41,092 nt of DNA from assembly GCA_049512935.1 (NCBI GenBank), contig JBEKWR010000017.1:1-41092 (forward strand). Reading direction: 5' to 3'. The position numbers and the translations under genes are program-made. Positions 25,949 through 35,529 of the stretch are shown piece after piece (position 1 is the first letter of the stretch; each line of letters starts with the position of its first letter). The stretch comes from Candidatus Bathyarchaeia archaeon. Lineage in GTDB: Archaea; Thermoproteota; Bathyarchaeia; Bathyarchaeales; Bathycorpusculaceae. Below the pieces are notes generated by a model that worked only from the letters and a program-made list of their open reading frames with translations, was not told where the DNA came from and made no database searches.

Positions 25949-25964
25949 AAGTTAAGGTTAACTT
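25949..25964. promoter_or_regulatory. palindrome just upstream of the BRE/TATA of Lrp-LBD gene 3
   Basis: AAGTTAA-GG-TTAACTT beside - strand GAAATGCTTTAATTAAG. Confidence 0.45.
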
Positions 25965-26235
25965 TTTTGGTCAGGTTGCAAGCGCCTGAAAAATATATCA
26001 GTTTTTATGTTGCAAAAGATTATTTTTGGCGAACAAACTAAGTTATTAAACACAATTCAGCATAACAACCGTGACGACGCCGATCATCGTCAACCGCAGA
26101 TACGGGCGGCTAGAGCCTGTTTTCCTGCTTACTTTTTCAGCTTTAACCATCCCTGATTGCACGTTTTTACAGCTCCGCACACAAAAGAGTTATATTAAGA
26201 TAGCTTGAAAGGTGTAGTTTATTGCGGGGAAGATT

Positions 26236-27864
26236 ATGGTTAAGTACATTTTCGTAACGGGCGGCGTGTTAAGTTCCGTCGGCAAAGGCATTTTGACTTC
26301 TTCCATTGGAAAAATGCTTCAGGCAAGGGGATTAAAATGCACGGTTGTAAAAATCGACCCTTACGTGAACGTTGACGCTGGAACAATGAACCCGTACATG
26401 CATGGAGAAGTTTACGTCACGGACGACGGCGGCGAAACTGACCTTGACCTCGGCTGGTACGAGCGCTTCTTAGATTTAAGCCTTAAACAAGAAAACAACT
26501 TAACCACAGGCATGGTTTACAAAGCTGTAATTGAGAAGGAGCGGCGAGGCGACTTCTTAGGGCGTTGCGTCCAAATTGTGCCGCATATAACTAACGAAAT
26601 CAAAAACCGCATCAGAAGCGTTGGCAAAGCATCAGGCGTCGATATCCTTCTCACTGAAGTAGGCGGCACGGTCGGCGACATTGAAGGGTTACCGTTTTTG
26701 GAAGCTATTCGCCAGATGCGTATGGAGGAAGGCTATGAGAATACGCTTTACGTGCATTTGGCTTTGGTGCCAATTTTAGATGTTACAGGTGAAATGAAAA
26801 CTAAACCGTTGCAGCACAGCATTAACGAGTTAAGAGCCATCGGTATCCAACCTGATACCATAGTAGCCAGAAGCCCCAAAATGATTGATGCTGAAGCCCT
26901 CCGAAAAATAGCGTTATTCGGCACTATTCCTGAAAGCGCCGTCTTCTGCTCTTATAATGCGGAGTCCGTTTATCAGGTGCCGCTTATTCTGGATAAGCAG
27001 GGCATGGGCGACTTTATCTGCCAACGACTAGCCATCAAATGCGAAGGCAAAGATTTCGGCGCTTGGCAGCAATACGTCGACGGCTTAGTGAACCCCGAGC
27101 ATGAAGTGAAAATAGCATTAGTCGGCAAATACGCTGGGTTAACTGACAGTTACGTGAGCATGACTGAGGCGCTTCGGCACGGCGGCGGAGCCTGCAAAAC
27201 CAAAGTCTGCATCTCTTACCTTGAAGCAGAAAAACTCGAGCATGATCCTCAATGCGTGAAAGACCTCGCTAACTTCGACGGCATCTTCGTCGCATACGGC
27301 TTTGGACCACGCGGCACTGAAGGCAAAATTTTGGCTGTTCAGTTTGCCCGGGAAAACGACATCCCCTTCTTGGGCATCTGCTACGGTTTCCAGCTTGCAG
27401 TTATCGAATACGCAAGAAACGTCTGCAGCTTAAAAGATGCGAACAGCACAGAGATCAATCCTGAAACCCCCTACCCAGTCATCGACCTGATGCCTGAACA
27501 GCGAGGAATAGAAATTAAGGGTGCAACCATGCGTTTGGGGGCTCACAAAGTTGTTCTTCAAAAAGGCACCTTAGCCTACGGCATGTATGGGCAGGAAGAG
27601 ATTTACGAGCGCCACAGACACCGCTTCGAAGTCAACCTTGACTACCAAGAAACGCTCAAAAACAACGGGTTATGCTTCAGCGGCAAAAGCAGCGATGGAC
27701 GAAGAATGGAGACCTTAGAGTTGCCAAACAAATTCTTCTTCTTCGCCTCCCAGTTCCATGGAGAATTCAAAAGCCGACCTGGAAGACCAGAACCTGAATA
27801 CGCCGGTTTCATCCAAGCATGCGTAGACAAAAAGCTTGGGAAACCCAAAGCTCCCATTTCTTGA
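26236..27864 (+). CDS. pyrG: CTP synthase
   Basis: KYIFVTGGVLSSVGKG, KIDPYVNVDAGTMNP, KTKPLQHS, GICYGFQ, ERHRHRFEVN. Confidence 0.98.
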   Translation: MVKYIFVTGGVLSSVGKGILTSSIGKMLQARGLKCTVVKIDPYVNVDAGTMNPYMHGEVYVTDDGGETDLDLGWYERFLDLSLKQENNLTTGMVYKAVIEKERRGDFLGRCVQIVPHITNEIKNRIRSVGKASGVDILLTEVGGTVGDIEGLPFLEAIRQMRMEEGYENTLYVHLALVPILDVTGEMKTKPLQHSINELRAIGIQPDTIVARSPKMIDAEALRKIALFGTIPESAVFCSYNAESVYQVPLILDKQGMGDFICQRLAIKCEGKDFGAWQQYVDGLVNPEHEVKIALVGKYAGLTDSYVSMTEALRHGGGACKTKVCISYLEAEKLEHDPQCVKDLANFDGIFVAYGFGPRGTEGKILAVQFARENDIPFLGICYGFQLAVIEYARNVCSLKDANSTEINPETPYPVIDLMPEQRGIEIKGATMRLGAHKVVLQKGTLAYGMYGQEEIYERHRHRFEVNLDYQETLKNNGLCFSGKSSDGRRMETLELPNKFFFFASQFHGEFKSRPGRPEPEYAGFIQACVDKKLGKPKAPIS

Positions 27865-27934
27865 GCGTCAAGCCGTGTTTACTAGAAAAAGCTATAATGA
27901 CCAATTTACATGAAACGTTAGGATTTGATTTGAA

Positions 27935-28225
27935 ATGGCTGAAGAAAAAAGTTGGGATTCAAAAGGTTTTGACAAACTCATGAAAAACAGCAAGAACGAG
28001 CTCTCAGAGTTGCAGAATGAACTGCAAGAGGTCATGGTTAAGTTTTGTATGCGTGCCCTGCGGGTTTACCAATCGACCCGTCCGGAACCGCTGCGACCAG
28101 GCGAAATCGCCCTGCTAATCAGAAACGAACTTAACAACGTCATCGCCGACTTAACGCCGCAGCCGAACTTGGACTGCATTACCAAACTCGTGAAGGAAGA
28201 GTGGGCTAAACAGCAAAAACCATAA
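27935..28225 (+). CDS. hypothetical helical protein
   Basis: 96-aa ATG ORF with plausible composition after pyrG. Confidence 0.75.
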   Translation: MAEEKSWDSKGFDKLMKNSKNELSELQNELQEVMVKFCMRALRVYQSTRPEPLRPGEIALLIRNELNNVIADLTPQPNLDCITKLVKEEWAKQQKP

Positions 28226-28480
28226 GTTCCATTTTCTTACCCTGCCTCTCGAAGATCAACATAACCTAACTTTTTGGACGGAACAACAGGAAAAGAAACC
28301 TGAAAGTACTTTAGGTTAAGCAAACGTGAAACCAAAGTTTAGACTAAATTGCTTGAGATGGCCAAAATTGACTGTTACGGGTTAAAATTTCCTTAAAAAC
28401 TCGTTGCAAACCCGAAATTCAGGATGCTTAGGATTTTTTCAAAAATTATAAAGGGATAAAAAAAGGTTTCCGCTGCGCCT

Positions 28481-28903
28481 TTATTTTGTTCGACAGAACT
28501 CTTCCATCGTAGACATCATAGACGGAACTGCGTAAACGATGTCCCTGTCGTTCACCATGCCTAAAAGGCAGCCGTTTTTGTCAACGATCGGTAAATGTTT
28601 GATTCGCCATTCTTTCATCAGTTTAGCTGCTTCTTCAACGGTTGCGTTCTCATCGATCGTGACCAGCGGGTTCGTGTAGACCATTCGCGCAATGATCGTG
28701 CTTAGTGGTGCGCCAAATTCTATTGCCCGTACAAGAAGGTCTTTGACGGTTATGATTCCAGTTGGTTTTCCGCTTTGCTCTACAAGGATTGCGTCTTTGT
28801 CGAATTTCGTCATTAATGCAATTACTTCTTTGACGGTTGTATCGTTGCGGACGGTTTTAACGTCTTTGGACATTATGTCTCTTACGAGAACATTGCTTGC
28901 CAT
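28481..28903 (-). CDS. CBS-domain pair protein
   Basis: VRDIMSKDV, GIIT, EEAAKLM..IKHLPIVD. Confidence 0.92.
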   Translation of the reverse strand: MASNVLVRDIMSKDVKTVRNDTTVKEVIALMTKFDKDAILVEQSGKPTGIITVKDLLVRAIEFGAPLSTIIARMVYTNPLVTIDENATVEEAAKLMKEWRIKHLPIVDKNGCLLGMVNDRDIVYAVPSMMSTMEEFCRTK

Positions 28904-28924
28904 TCAATTTTCACCTTAACGTCT

Positions 28925-28944
28925 ATGACAAAAGCACTTGTCAT
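28925..28944. promoter_or_regulatory. palindromic operator candidate for the CBS gene
   Basis: ATGACAA-N6-TTGTCAT between an AT-rich TATA-like region and the start. Confidence 0.5.
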
Positions 28945-29036
28945 TTATCAATTTTTTGTTTATACCGCTCTTCCCAAAATTCTTTCGTTTAGAGGGGACC
29001 ATTTTTTTTTGAAATCAGGGTAAATTCTTAAATGCT

Positions 29037-29063
29037 GGTTTACCAGTAAACCTCTTAAGAGGT
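29037..29063. promoter_or_regulatory. overlapping palindromes at the TA promoter
   Basis: GGTTTAC-CA-GTAAACC (29037-52) and perfect ACCTCTTAAGAGGT (29050-63). Confidence 0.6.
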
Positions 29064-29069
29064 ATAAAC

Positions 29070-29378
29070 TTGACCAAGGTCAGCATCTACGTAAATGACG
29101 ATGTGTGGCTTGCCTTCAAAGAAAAAGTCTTTCAAAAAAACGGAAACCTAAGATGCATAAGCAGAGAAGTTGAAAATCTTCTCGCCGCTGAAGCAATGGA
29201 AGACCAAGTTGTGTCAGGATTCCGAAAAATGGAAATCACGGTAAAAGGAACAATCACTTCACGGGAAATCAAGGAAAAAAGACCAAAACTCAAAGGACCC
29301 CCATCCGAAGAAATAATTAGGGAAATGAGGAGTAAGAGACATTGCTTAGATTCTACCTCGACACCAGCGCAATGCTAA
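29070..29378 (+). CDS. putative antitoxin (RHH-like N-terminus, VapB-like)
   Basis: MTKVSIYVNDDVWLAFK; C-terminal SEEIIREMR; overlaps the PIN gene. Confidence 0.75.
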   Translation: MTKVSIYVNDDVWLAFKEKVFQKNGNLRCISREVENLLAAEAMEDQVVSGFRKMEITVKGTITSREIKEKRPKLKGPPSEEIIREMRSKRHCLDSTSTPAQC

Positions 29379-29830
29379 AACACTATGTTACAGAACCCGG
29401 CACAGAAATCATGGACACAATCTATGATAAAGCTGAAACGGGAGACCTTAGCATAACAATTTCCCTCTGGAACATCGGGGAATTCTTAGGCGCTCTTGAT
29501 CAAAAAAGAAGAAGAGGCTGGCTATCAGAAAAAGAGTTCGAGCGATTGGAGAAAAATTTCGCGGATGAACTGCTGAAATTTATTCGACTGAAATCGATTG
29601 AAATCATACCAGTTCAAACACAAATACTTACAGAAACATGGAACGTTTTGATGAACTACCATCTATACGAAGCAGATGCCCTACAAATAGCGACTTGCAT
29701 AGAAAGCAAAAATGATGCCCTAATAAGCAGCGATGAAAAACTTGTGGATGCAAGCAGAAAAAACGGCTTAAAAGCTCTTCACATATCAAAGGACGAAAAT
29801 GACTTAATAGCATTAATCAACAAAAGCTAA
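29342..29830 (+). CDS. vapC: PIN-domain toxin (VapC family)
   Basis: YLDTSAMLKHYVTEPG, EF, ADALQIATC, ISSDEKL. Confidence 0.9.
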   Translation: MLRFYLDTSAMLKHYVTEPGTEIMDTIYDKAETGDLSITISLWNIGEFLGALDQKRRRGWLSEKEFERLEKNFADELLKFIRLKSIEIIPVQTQILTETWNVLMNYHLYEADALQIATCIESKNDALISSDEKLVDASRKNGLKALHISKDENDLIALINKS

Positions 29831-29867
29831 ACTTTTGAGCGTAGTTACGCATTCTTTTCGGTAATAC

Positions 29868-30944
29868 CTAAACTGGCGCGCCACTGGCTATAGGGGCATT
29901 TCTTGGAAGGGTGGTTTTTTCGTAGCCTTTGTAACGGTAGTAAGCCATGGCTACAAGCCATGAAACCAGAAAGATCGCTACGATCGCGTATCCCATGGTT
30001 TCAAAATCAAGGTTGCCAAGCCAGCCCCAGAAGCCGCTTGTCAAGCCAACCTCGCTTGCGACCACCTGCAGCAACTCGATTCCGCCAACGGCGAAGGCAA
30101 CCAGAACGGAGATTATCGTGATTGTCAGGTTGTAGTATATCTTTCGTATGGGTTTGAGGAACGCCCAGCCGTAGGCGCACCGCATCGATATGCCGTCTGA
30201 AGAATCAATTGTAACCATCCCGGCGGTGAACAGAAGCGGCATGATAAGGACGTACCAGAAAGGCACGCTTCCGCTGACGCCGATGCTTATGGCGATTAGG
30301 GCAATCTGGGTTGCCGTGTCAAAACCCAACCCGAAAAGCACGCCGACAGGGTAGATCTGCCACGGTTCGTTAACGATTTTAAACAGCTTTCCAAAGGTTT
30401 TGCTCATGAAGCTGTTATTGTTCAAGGCGTCGTCCAGTTGAGCCTGGTTGAGTCTGCCCTCCTTCAGACCCTTGAACGTCCTGTACACGTCCAAAACTAT
30501 GAGAACGTTGACGAGTCCGATGATGAAAAGGAACAAGCCGCTAATCGAGGTGCCTATCACGGCGCCGCCGCTCTCGAAAACGGGAACGGCGTTCACCACG
30601 GCTCTGGTTGCAAGCACTAAAGCGGCAGTTAAAGCAATCACGACGGTTGAATGCCCCAGAGAGAACCACATTCCGACGGTTACGGGTCTTTTTCCTTGCT
30701 GCAGGAGTTTTCGTGTGGTGTTGTCGATGGCTGCGATGTGGTCGGCGTCGACTGCGTGGCGTAGCCCAAGCACGTAGGAAACCATGCCGAGCCCCGCAAG
30801 GATGGCGTACTTGTACCCGATGATGGTTGAGACCAGTATGAGCACGGCTGTGACGGCGGCTAATGAGACGTAGATGGCGGCTATTTTTGCTTTTTCTTTG
30901 AGTGTTAAGCCGAGTCTGTCGCATTTTTCGTTTTCTTGTGCCAT
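29868..30944 (-). CDS. NiCoT-family (HoxN/HupN/NixA) nickel/cobalt permease
   Basis: GLRHAVDADHIAAIDN, FSLGHSTVV, LFGLGFDTAT; start MAQENEK. Confidence 0.95.
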   Translation of the reverse strand: MAQENEKCDRLGLTLKEKAKIAAIYVSLAAVTAVLILVSTIIGYKYAILAGLGMVSYVLGLRHAVDADHIAAIDNTTRKLLQQGKRPVTVGMWFSLGHSTVVIALTAALVLATRAVVNAVPVFESGGAVIGTSISGLFLFIIGLVNVLIVLDVYRTFKGLKEGRLNQAQLDDALNNNSFMSKTFGKLFKIVNEPWQIYPVGVLFGLGFDTATQIALIAISIGVSGSVPFWYVLIMPLLFTAGMVTIDSSDGISMRCAYGWAFLKPIRKIYYNLTITIISVLVAFAVGGIELLQVVASEVGLTSGFWGWLGNLDFETMGYAIVAIFLVSWLVAMAYYRYKGYEKTTLPRNAPIASGAPV

Positions 30945-30964
30945 TTGGCTTGATGAACCCCTTA

Positions 30965-30992
30965 GTAACACGAATGCTTAAAAAAGTGCTAC
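30965..30992. promoter_or_regulatory. NikR-type operator
   Basis: GTAACA-N16-TGCTAC between the - strand TATA (AAAGTTTTTATA, about 30999-31010) and the permease start. Confidence 0.8.
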
Positions 30993-31107
30993 CGAGTCTA
31001 TAAAAACTTTACCATCACAAAAACACGTTTCACAAGCGACATTCACCCACAATGTGGCGAGTCAGATTGATGCAAAAGGCAACGTTACAACGTTCAACCG
31101 TATTCTG

Positions 31108-31779
31108 TCAGGTTATGGCGCTGTACACCGTGTTAGCGATGATTTGTGCAGCGGCATCATTAGGGTGTTCCCCGTCGGGAAAATCACCAGAGTAGTTAGC
31201 CAAAGCCGAATACACGTTGATCGTCGGCAGACCAGTCTCGTTAGCCACTTGCCTGATGCCTGGAATTATGCTGTCATTGAAGTATCCAGGGTCTAACCTG
31301 CCCGATTGATTGCTGAAGATCGGCGGCGGAAACACAAGCCAAATTTTAGGGTTACTTTTAAGCGCCGAGAATGCGTCAACCAGCTTTACGTAGTCGCTCA
31401 CAAAACTTGCGTTGTACCGTAAAAGGCTCGGCTGAGCGTCGTTGGTTCCCAACATGATGATCACTATGTTAGGCTCTGACGCAAGGGCGTTTTGGAAAAC
31501 GGTTGTGTTCATGTACGGCGTTTGGGATTCAAGGGAAACCGTGGTTGAGCCAGCACCGAAGTTTTCAACAACGTAGTGCGTGGTGCCAAGCAGCATCCAA
31601 AGGTCGTACGGGTACGCGGTTGACTGTGTGATGCTGTCGCCGACACATGCAACAAGGGCTTGAGTTTGCGGGGGCTTCTTGTTTCCAGAGGACAAAATGA
31701 AAAAGGCTGCCAATGCTGAGGACACGAGCAGGACCACGATCAGTACGACCGCCACTGACATTAGTTTATTTTTGTCCAT
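31108..31779 (-). CDS. membrane-anchored SGNH/GDSL hydrolase
   Basis: VACVGDSIT, NFGAG, MLGTND, DGEHPN. Confidence 0.92.
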   Translation of the reverse strand: MDKNKLMSVAVVLIVVLLVSSALAAFFILSSGNKKPPQTQALVACVGDSITQSTAYPYDLWMLLGTTHYVVENFGAGSTTVSLESQTPYMNTTVFQNALASEPNIVIIMLGTNDAQPSLLRYNASFVSDYVKLVDAFSALKSNPKIWLVFPPPIFSNQSGRLDPGYFNDSIIPGIRQVANETGLPTINVYSALANYSGDFPDGEHPNDAAAQIIANTVYSAIT

Positions 31780-31977
31780 TTACAGTCTCGGCTACAAGTT
31801 AAATTCTGTTTTGAACCGTTTTAGCTGCCTTTTCGAGCTACTAGAGAAAATGGTTGGGATATAAAATTTGCCATAATAGGTATCTTCCAAGTTTGAAAAC
31901 AAACCAGTTCATTAAGCCAGCAACGACGCAGGTAGTCTTATTTGTTTGCTCATATTGGGTCAACTTTGACGCGGCGG

Positions 31978-32340
31978 TTACGATTGAGTTTTTTTCTGTT
32001 TAGCTTTGAGTAACAGGGTTCCTAGAGCTACTATGATGAGGACAGCGGCTAAACCTGTCATGGATGGGTATTCAGGGATATTGCTTGTGTTGTTCTTTGG
32101 CGTAGGTGATGGAGTTGCGTGTTGTATGGGGGTTGGAGTTCCAGTTAAATTCGCAGTCACAGTCGGTTGCGGCATCTCTGTTGGTGTTGGAGTGGGTGTA
32201 GGAGAAGCGGCGGTGTTCCAACCATAGCCGATTTGTATACCATTTCCGACTTGCGCGTGAACAAGAGAAAACACGGAAGTTAGAAGCAGGCACGCTAAGA
32301 AAACGGTTGTTAACGTGTTTTTTCTTAGGGTTCTTCGCAA
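31978..32340 (-). CDS. small Pro/Thr-rich secreted protein with PEF-CTERM-like anchor
   Basis: Signal peptide ..VHA, PTPTPT linker, IPEYP + TM + KAKQKK. Confidence 0.75.
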   Translation of the reverse strand: MRRTLRKNTLTTVFLACLLLTSVFSLVHAQVGNGIQIGYGWNTAASPTPTPTPTEMPQPTVTANLTGTPTPIQHATPSPTPKNNTSNIPEYPSMTGLAAVLIIVALGTLLLKAKQKKTQS

Positions 32341-32378
32341 TGTTTCATCCCGTCAGTTCATTATGGCAAGGAGTAGGG

Positions 32379-35294
32379 TTAAGAAACGTATGGTGCAGTT
32401 ACAACTATCGGCGCAGGCGGCGTAGTCCAAGTTACTTCGAAGGTGTCGCCAACTTGTAGAGTGATTGTTTCATCTCCTGAAGCGTTCCAGTAAGTTTGCT
32501 GGCTATTCACGAAAACGTTTACTCCTGTGCCTCCATTCAGATAAAGCGTCAAGGTTGCAGTTGGTATACCGTTTCCACAGAACGTGTACACCGTGTTTTC
32601 CCAGATGGGCTGTATCGGGTAAATGTAGCTTGCAGAGATTGAAGCGCCATTCACGTAAACGGTTGTTGCGTAGTTTGTTCCTTCATAGGGGCAACAGCCA
32701 AAATCGACAGAGGCAATGTTTCCCCGTGCAGCCGTGTTTAATCCAGTTTCGCTTATTACGTTGACTCCGTTTAGCCAAACCTGAATTTGCCCTACTGTAG
32801 AAGACACCACGAAATATGCGCTTAGGAAAAATGGAACTCCAGACTGCAACACAGAAACTTCATTAGAACTTTGATATTGTTCATTGGTGCCGCTTTGGGA
32901 AACCACTGCTTGAACTAACAAGTTGGTTCCCCAATGTTCTTCAAGGTAAACGCCAAACTCTTTATCACTTCCAATTCCTGCCATCAACTCTACATATTGC
33001 CCATCACTTGCTGGCAAATTGTTAACCATGAAAGAGCCGCCGACATAAATCGCTGCTTGATTTAATCCTGAAAGATAACTATAAGCATAGTTTTGATAGG
33101 AAGCGCCTGTGGTGTTTGCTATGACACTTTTACTGGAATAATAGCCAGCTGTACTTGCCCCTTGAACAATAGAAATAGTGTTTCCAGCTTCGTTTGTTGC
33201 TATGCCTGTCCAACCCTCACCAGAATAAGAACCACTGTTGAAGTTGCTGCTAAAGATTGTTGGTGCTGCTTTGTTGGCTGAATTAACAAGTGACGAACCT
33301 GAAACTGGGCTATTCACAATATTCGTGGTTGGTAAAGTCAAGCCGACAGGAGTGAACACACCGTTCAAATAATTATTGGTTGTTTGAACGCTTACGCCGT
33401 CATAGGCTATCGTTATGTAGCCTGAAGTATCAACCAAGGTATTGTCAGCAATTATATTTCCGACCGCGGGAGATTCAGCGGAGTCGAAACGGATACATGG
33501 AACAGGGGAAACAATGCGGTTATTCTCAATAACATTATTTGAGTCATAACCATAAGAAGCGGGAGTAATGGCATAGAAGTTAATCTCGCCCCAATAAGTC
33601 TGCGTAGCTTCAATGTCATTTCCATAAATAAAGTTGTTTGAGGCATCACCGATGTTTATAGCGTAAGCCCACCTGCCCGTAAATGTGTTGCCGATGATTC
33701 TTATGTTGGAAACGTCATTATTGGGCGGGATGGGGAAAGATTCTAACTGAATCCCAAACGTCAGGTAATTCGGGTTAGAATATGGCTCAGTATAGATGTT
33801 GTTTGACACAGTATCATTGAAGTCGCCGCCTTGGATGTAGTCAGCCGTTCCAGAGCAGAAGGTCGCGCCGATATTCTCAAAGTGGTTGCCTGTAATCAAA
33901 CAACCTGTTGCGCCTTGAAGCGCACAGCCAAACCCGTCGCTAATCAAATAGTTATTTGCGATAAGCCCGTCAACAACGTAAATGGGTAGTATTCCATCCC
34001 AAGTTGTGTTTTCTATGTAGCAATTTTGAATAGTAAAGTTGCTAACTATACCGGGAGTGTCAAAATAAATTCCCGTTGATGAATCATGTATGTAGCAATT
34101 ATCAATGAAACACTGGGAAACTCCCACATTGCCATCATCGCAAGTTATAGCTCCTTGCCAATAGTTCCTTCCATCTCCGTAAATACTGTTTGCAAGACTC
34201 TTTTCATTATAACCGTTGCCGTCTAACTGTAGCCCTTCAATCTGAACGTTCTTTATCAAAGAAATTGCGTTACCGTTATAATCAGTCGAACTGAACCTAA
34301 TCATGGTTGTGTTTACATAAGGCATCATTTCAAGATGGGATTGCCAAGTTCCTTCTAACGTGTAGTTCTGGACAGCGATGTAAATTGTGTTGCTTAACCA
34401 ATAAGGTGAAGCGGAAGGCGCAATCTCAGTCACGGAATTATTCATAATCGTGTCCTGAATTACTCGGCTGGCATTGTTCATAGCATACATGATTCTGCCG
34501 CCACTATCAGCCGCAACGTAATCCCCCGCATTATTCCCCGTGCCAACACTAACCGTATAAGGTGACCCGAGAGAGCTTAAGGGGTTAACGTAAGTGTAGG
34601 TAACGCCATTGACATTGTCAACTACCTGCACGTTCGGTGGAATGCTACCCATCAGGTTCAGGTTGAAAGGCACTTCTTTCATGTACACTTCCCCATAAGT
34701 TAATGACGCTAAAGCCTGTTGAGTAATCGCGGTAGAATTGCTTGCGTAACTTGCCCAAGGAGGCGAAGCCTGCCAAGGCTCAACCGCCGTCAAATCATTC
34801 CAGTTACTTCCATTAATCGCATAGTAGGTTCCGTCACTGAGTTTTCCCAGATACCAGTCGGCGCCCGGAATAGGTCGCGCCAAATAGTAACCTGTAACCG
34901 CCGTCGTTTCAGCCTTGACAATCGGCGCATAAAGCATGGCCGAAAGCATTAAGCCGACAATAACCACAGAGAAAACAAGAAGCATAGAACGCTTCAAACT
35001 CCCTCCGTCAAAGCGCCTGTGTGAAACTAGCGTGTAAACAAGTAAGCCGCCGAAAACGAAGTACATGACGATCCGAAGGGGATACTCAACTGCCAGCAGA
35101 AAATTCAAGGATCCCGCGCTCAAAGTGAAATCTAACGCTATTGAAAGGCATAGAAACCTAGCAATCGGACCCGCTAACACAAACAGGGTGAAACTCAAAA
35201 CCGCTATGCTTATTGAACCTAAAGACAGACGCTTACTCTTACCCAACTTGTTTTCTATCGAGTCCCTTAACGTCAAATTTCTTGTCCCCGACAA
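32379..35294 (-). CDS. large membrane-tethered right-handed beta-helix protein with C-terminal beta-sandwich (LamG-like)
   Basis: 3 N-terminal hydrophobic segments; IEGLQLDGN, IDNCYIHD, ITGNHF and IIGNTF beta-helix rungs; GQIQVWLNG. Confidence 0.85.
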   Translation of the reverse strand: MSGTRNLTLRDSIENKLGKSKRLSLGSISIAVLSFTLFVLAGPIARFLCLSIALDFTLSAGSLNFLLAVEYPLRIVMYFVFGGLLVYTLVSHRRFDGGSLKRSMLLVFSVVIVGLMLSAMLYAPIVKAETTAVTGYYLARPIPGADWYLGKLSDGTYYAINGSNWNDLTAVEPWQASPPWASYASNSTAITQQALASLTYGEVYMKEVPFNLNLMGSIPPNVQVVDNVNGVTYTYVNPLSSLGSPYTVSVGTGNNAGDYVAADSGGRIMYAMNNASRVIQDTIMNNSVTEIAPSASPYWLSNTIYIAVQNYTLEGTWQSHLEMMPYVNTTMIRFSSTDYNGNAISLIKNVQIEGLQLDGNGYNEKSLANSIYGDGRNYWQGAITCDDGNVGVSQCFIDNCYIHDSSTGIYFDTPGIVSNFTIQNCYIENTTWDGILPIYVVDGLIANNYLISDGFGCALQGATGCLITGNHFENIGATFCSGTADYIQGGDFNDTVSNNIYTEPYSNPNYLTFGIQLESFPIPPNNDVSNIRIIGNTFTGRWAYAINIGDASNNFIYGNDIEATQTYWGEINFYAITPASYGYDSNNVIENNRIVSPVPCIRFDSAESPAVGNIIADNTLVDTSGYITIAYDGVSVQTTNNYLNGVFTPVGLTLPTTNIVNSPVSGSSLVNSANKAAPTIFSSNFNSGSYSGEGWTGIATNEAGNTISIVQGASTAGYYSSKSVIANTTGASYQNYAYSYLSGLNQAAIYVGGSFMVNNLPASDGQYVELMAGIGSDKEFGVYLEEHWGTNLLVQAVVSQSGTNEQYQSSNEVSVLQSGVPFFLSAYFVVSSTVGQIQVWLNGVNVISETGLNTAARGNIASVDFGCCPYEGTNYATTVYVNGASISASYIYPIQPIWENTVYTFCGNGIPTATLTLYLNGGTGVNVFVNSQQTYWNASGDETITLQVGDTFEVTWTTPPAPIVVTAPYVS

Positions 35295-35529
35295 CTACGG
35301 GCTATAGCAAAAACAGTTGGGCGGCGATAGTACGAGGAGTCGCCTCGCTCCTTCGGATCTGCTTAGTTATTTAGCGCTTTTAAGATAAAAAATTAACGTC
35401 TGCAGGCTCACTGCAGAGTAAAAATAAGCTCAAAAACAAGTTATTTAGAAAAACTCGAAAAATTTAGCTCCGAGGTTAGCGGACTTAGACGAAAAACGCA
35501 TTGCGCGTCTTGAAATTGGATGCCGATGT

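Noticed and set aside
26072-26092. pyrG leader attenuator hairpin TGACGA/TCGTCA
   Set aside because: Only 6 bp and lies upstream of the likely pyrG TATA near 26190
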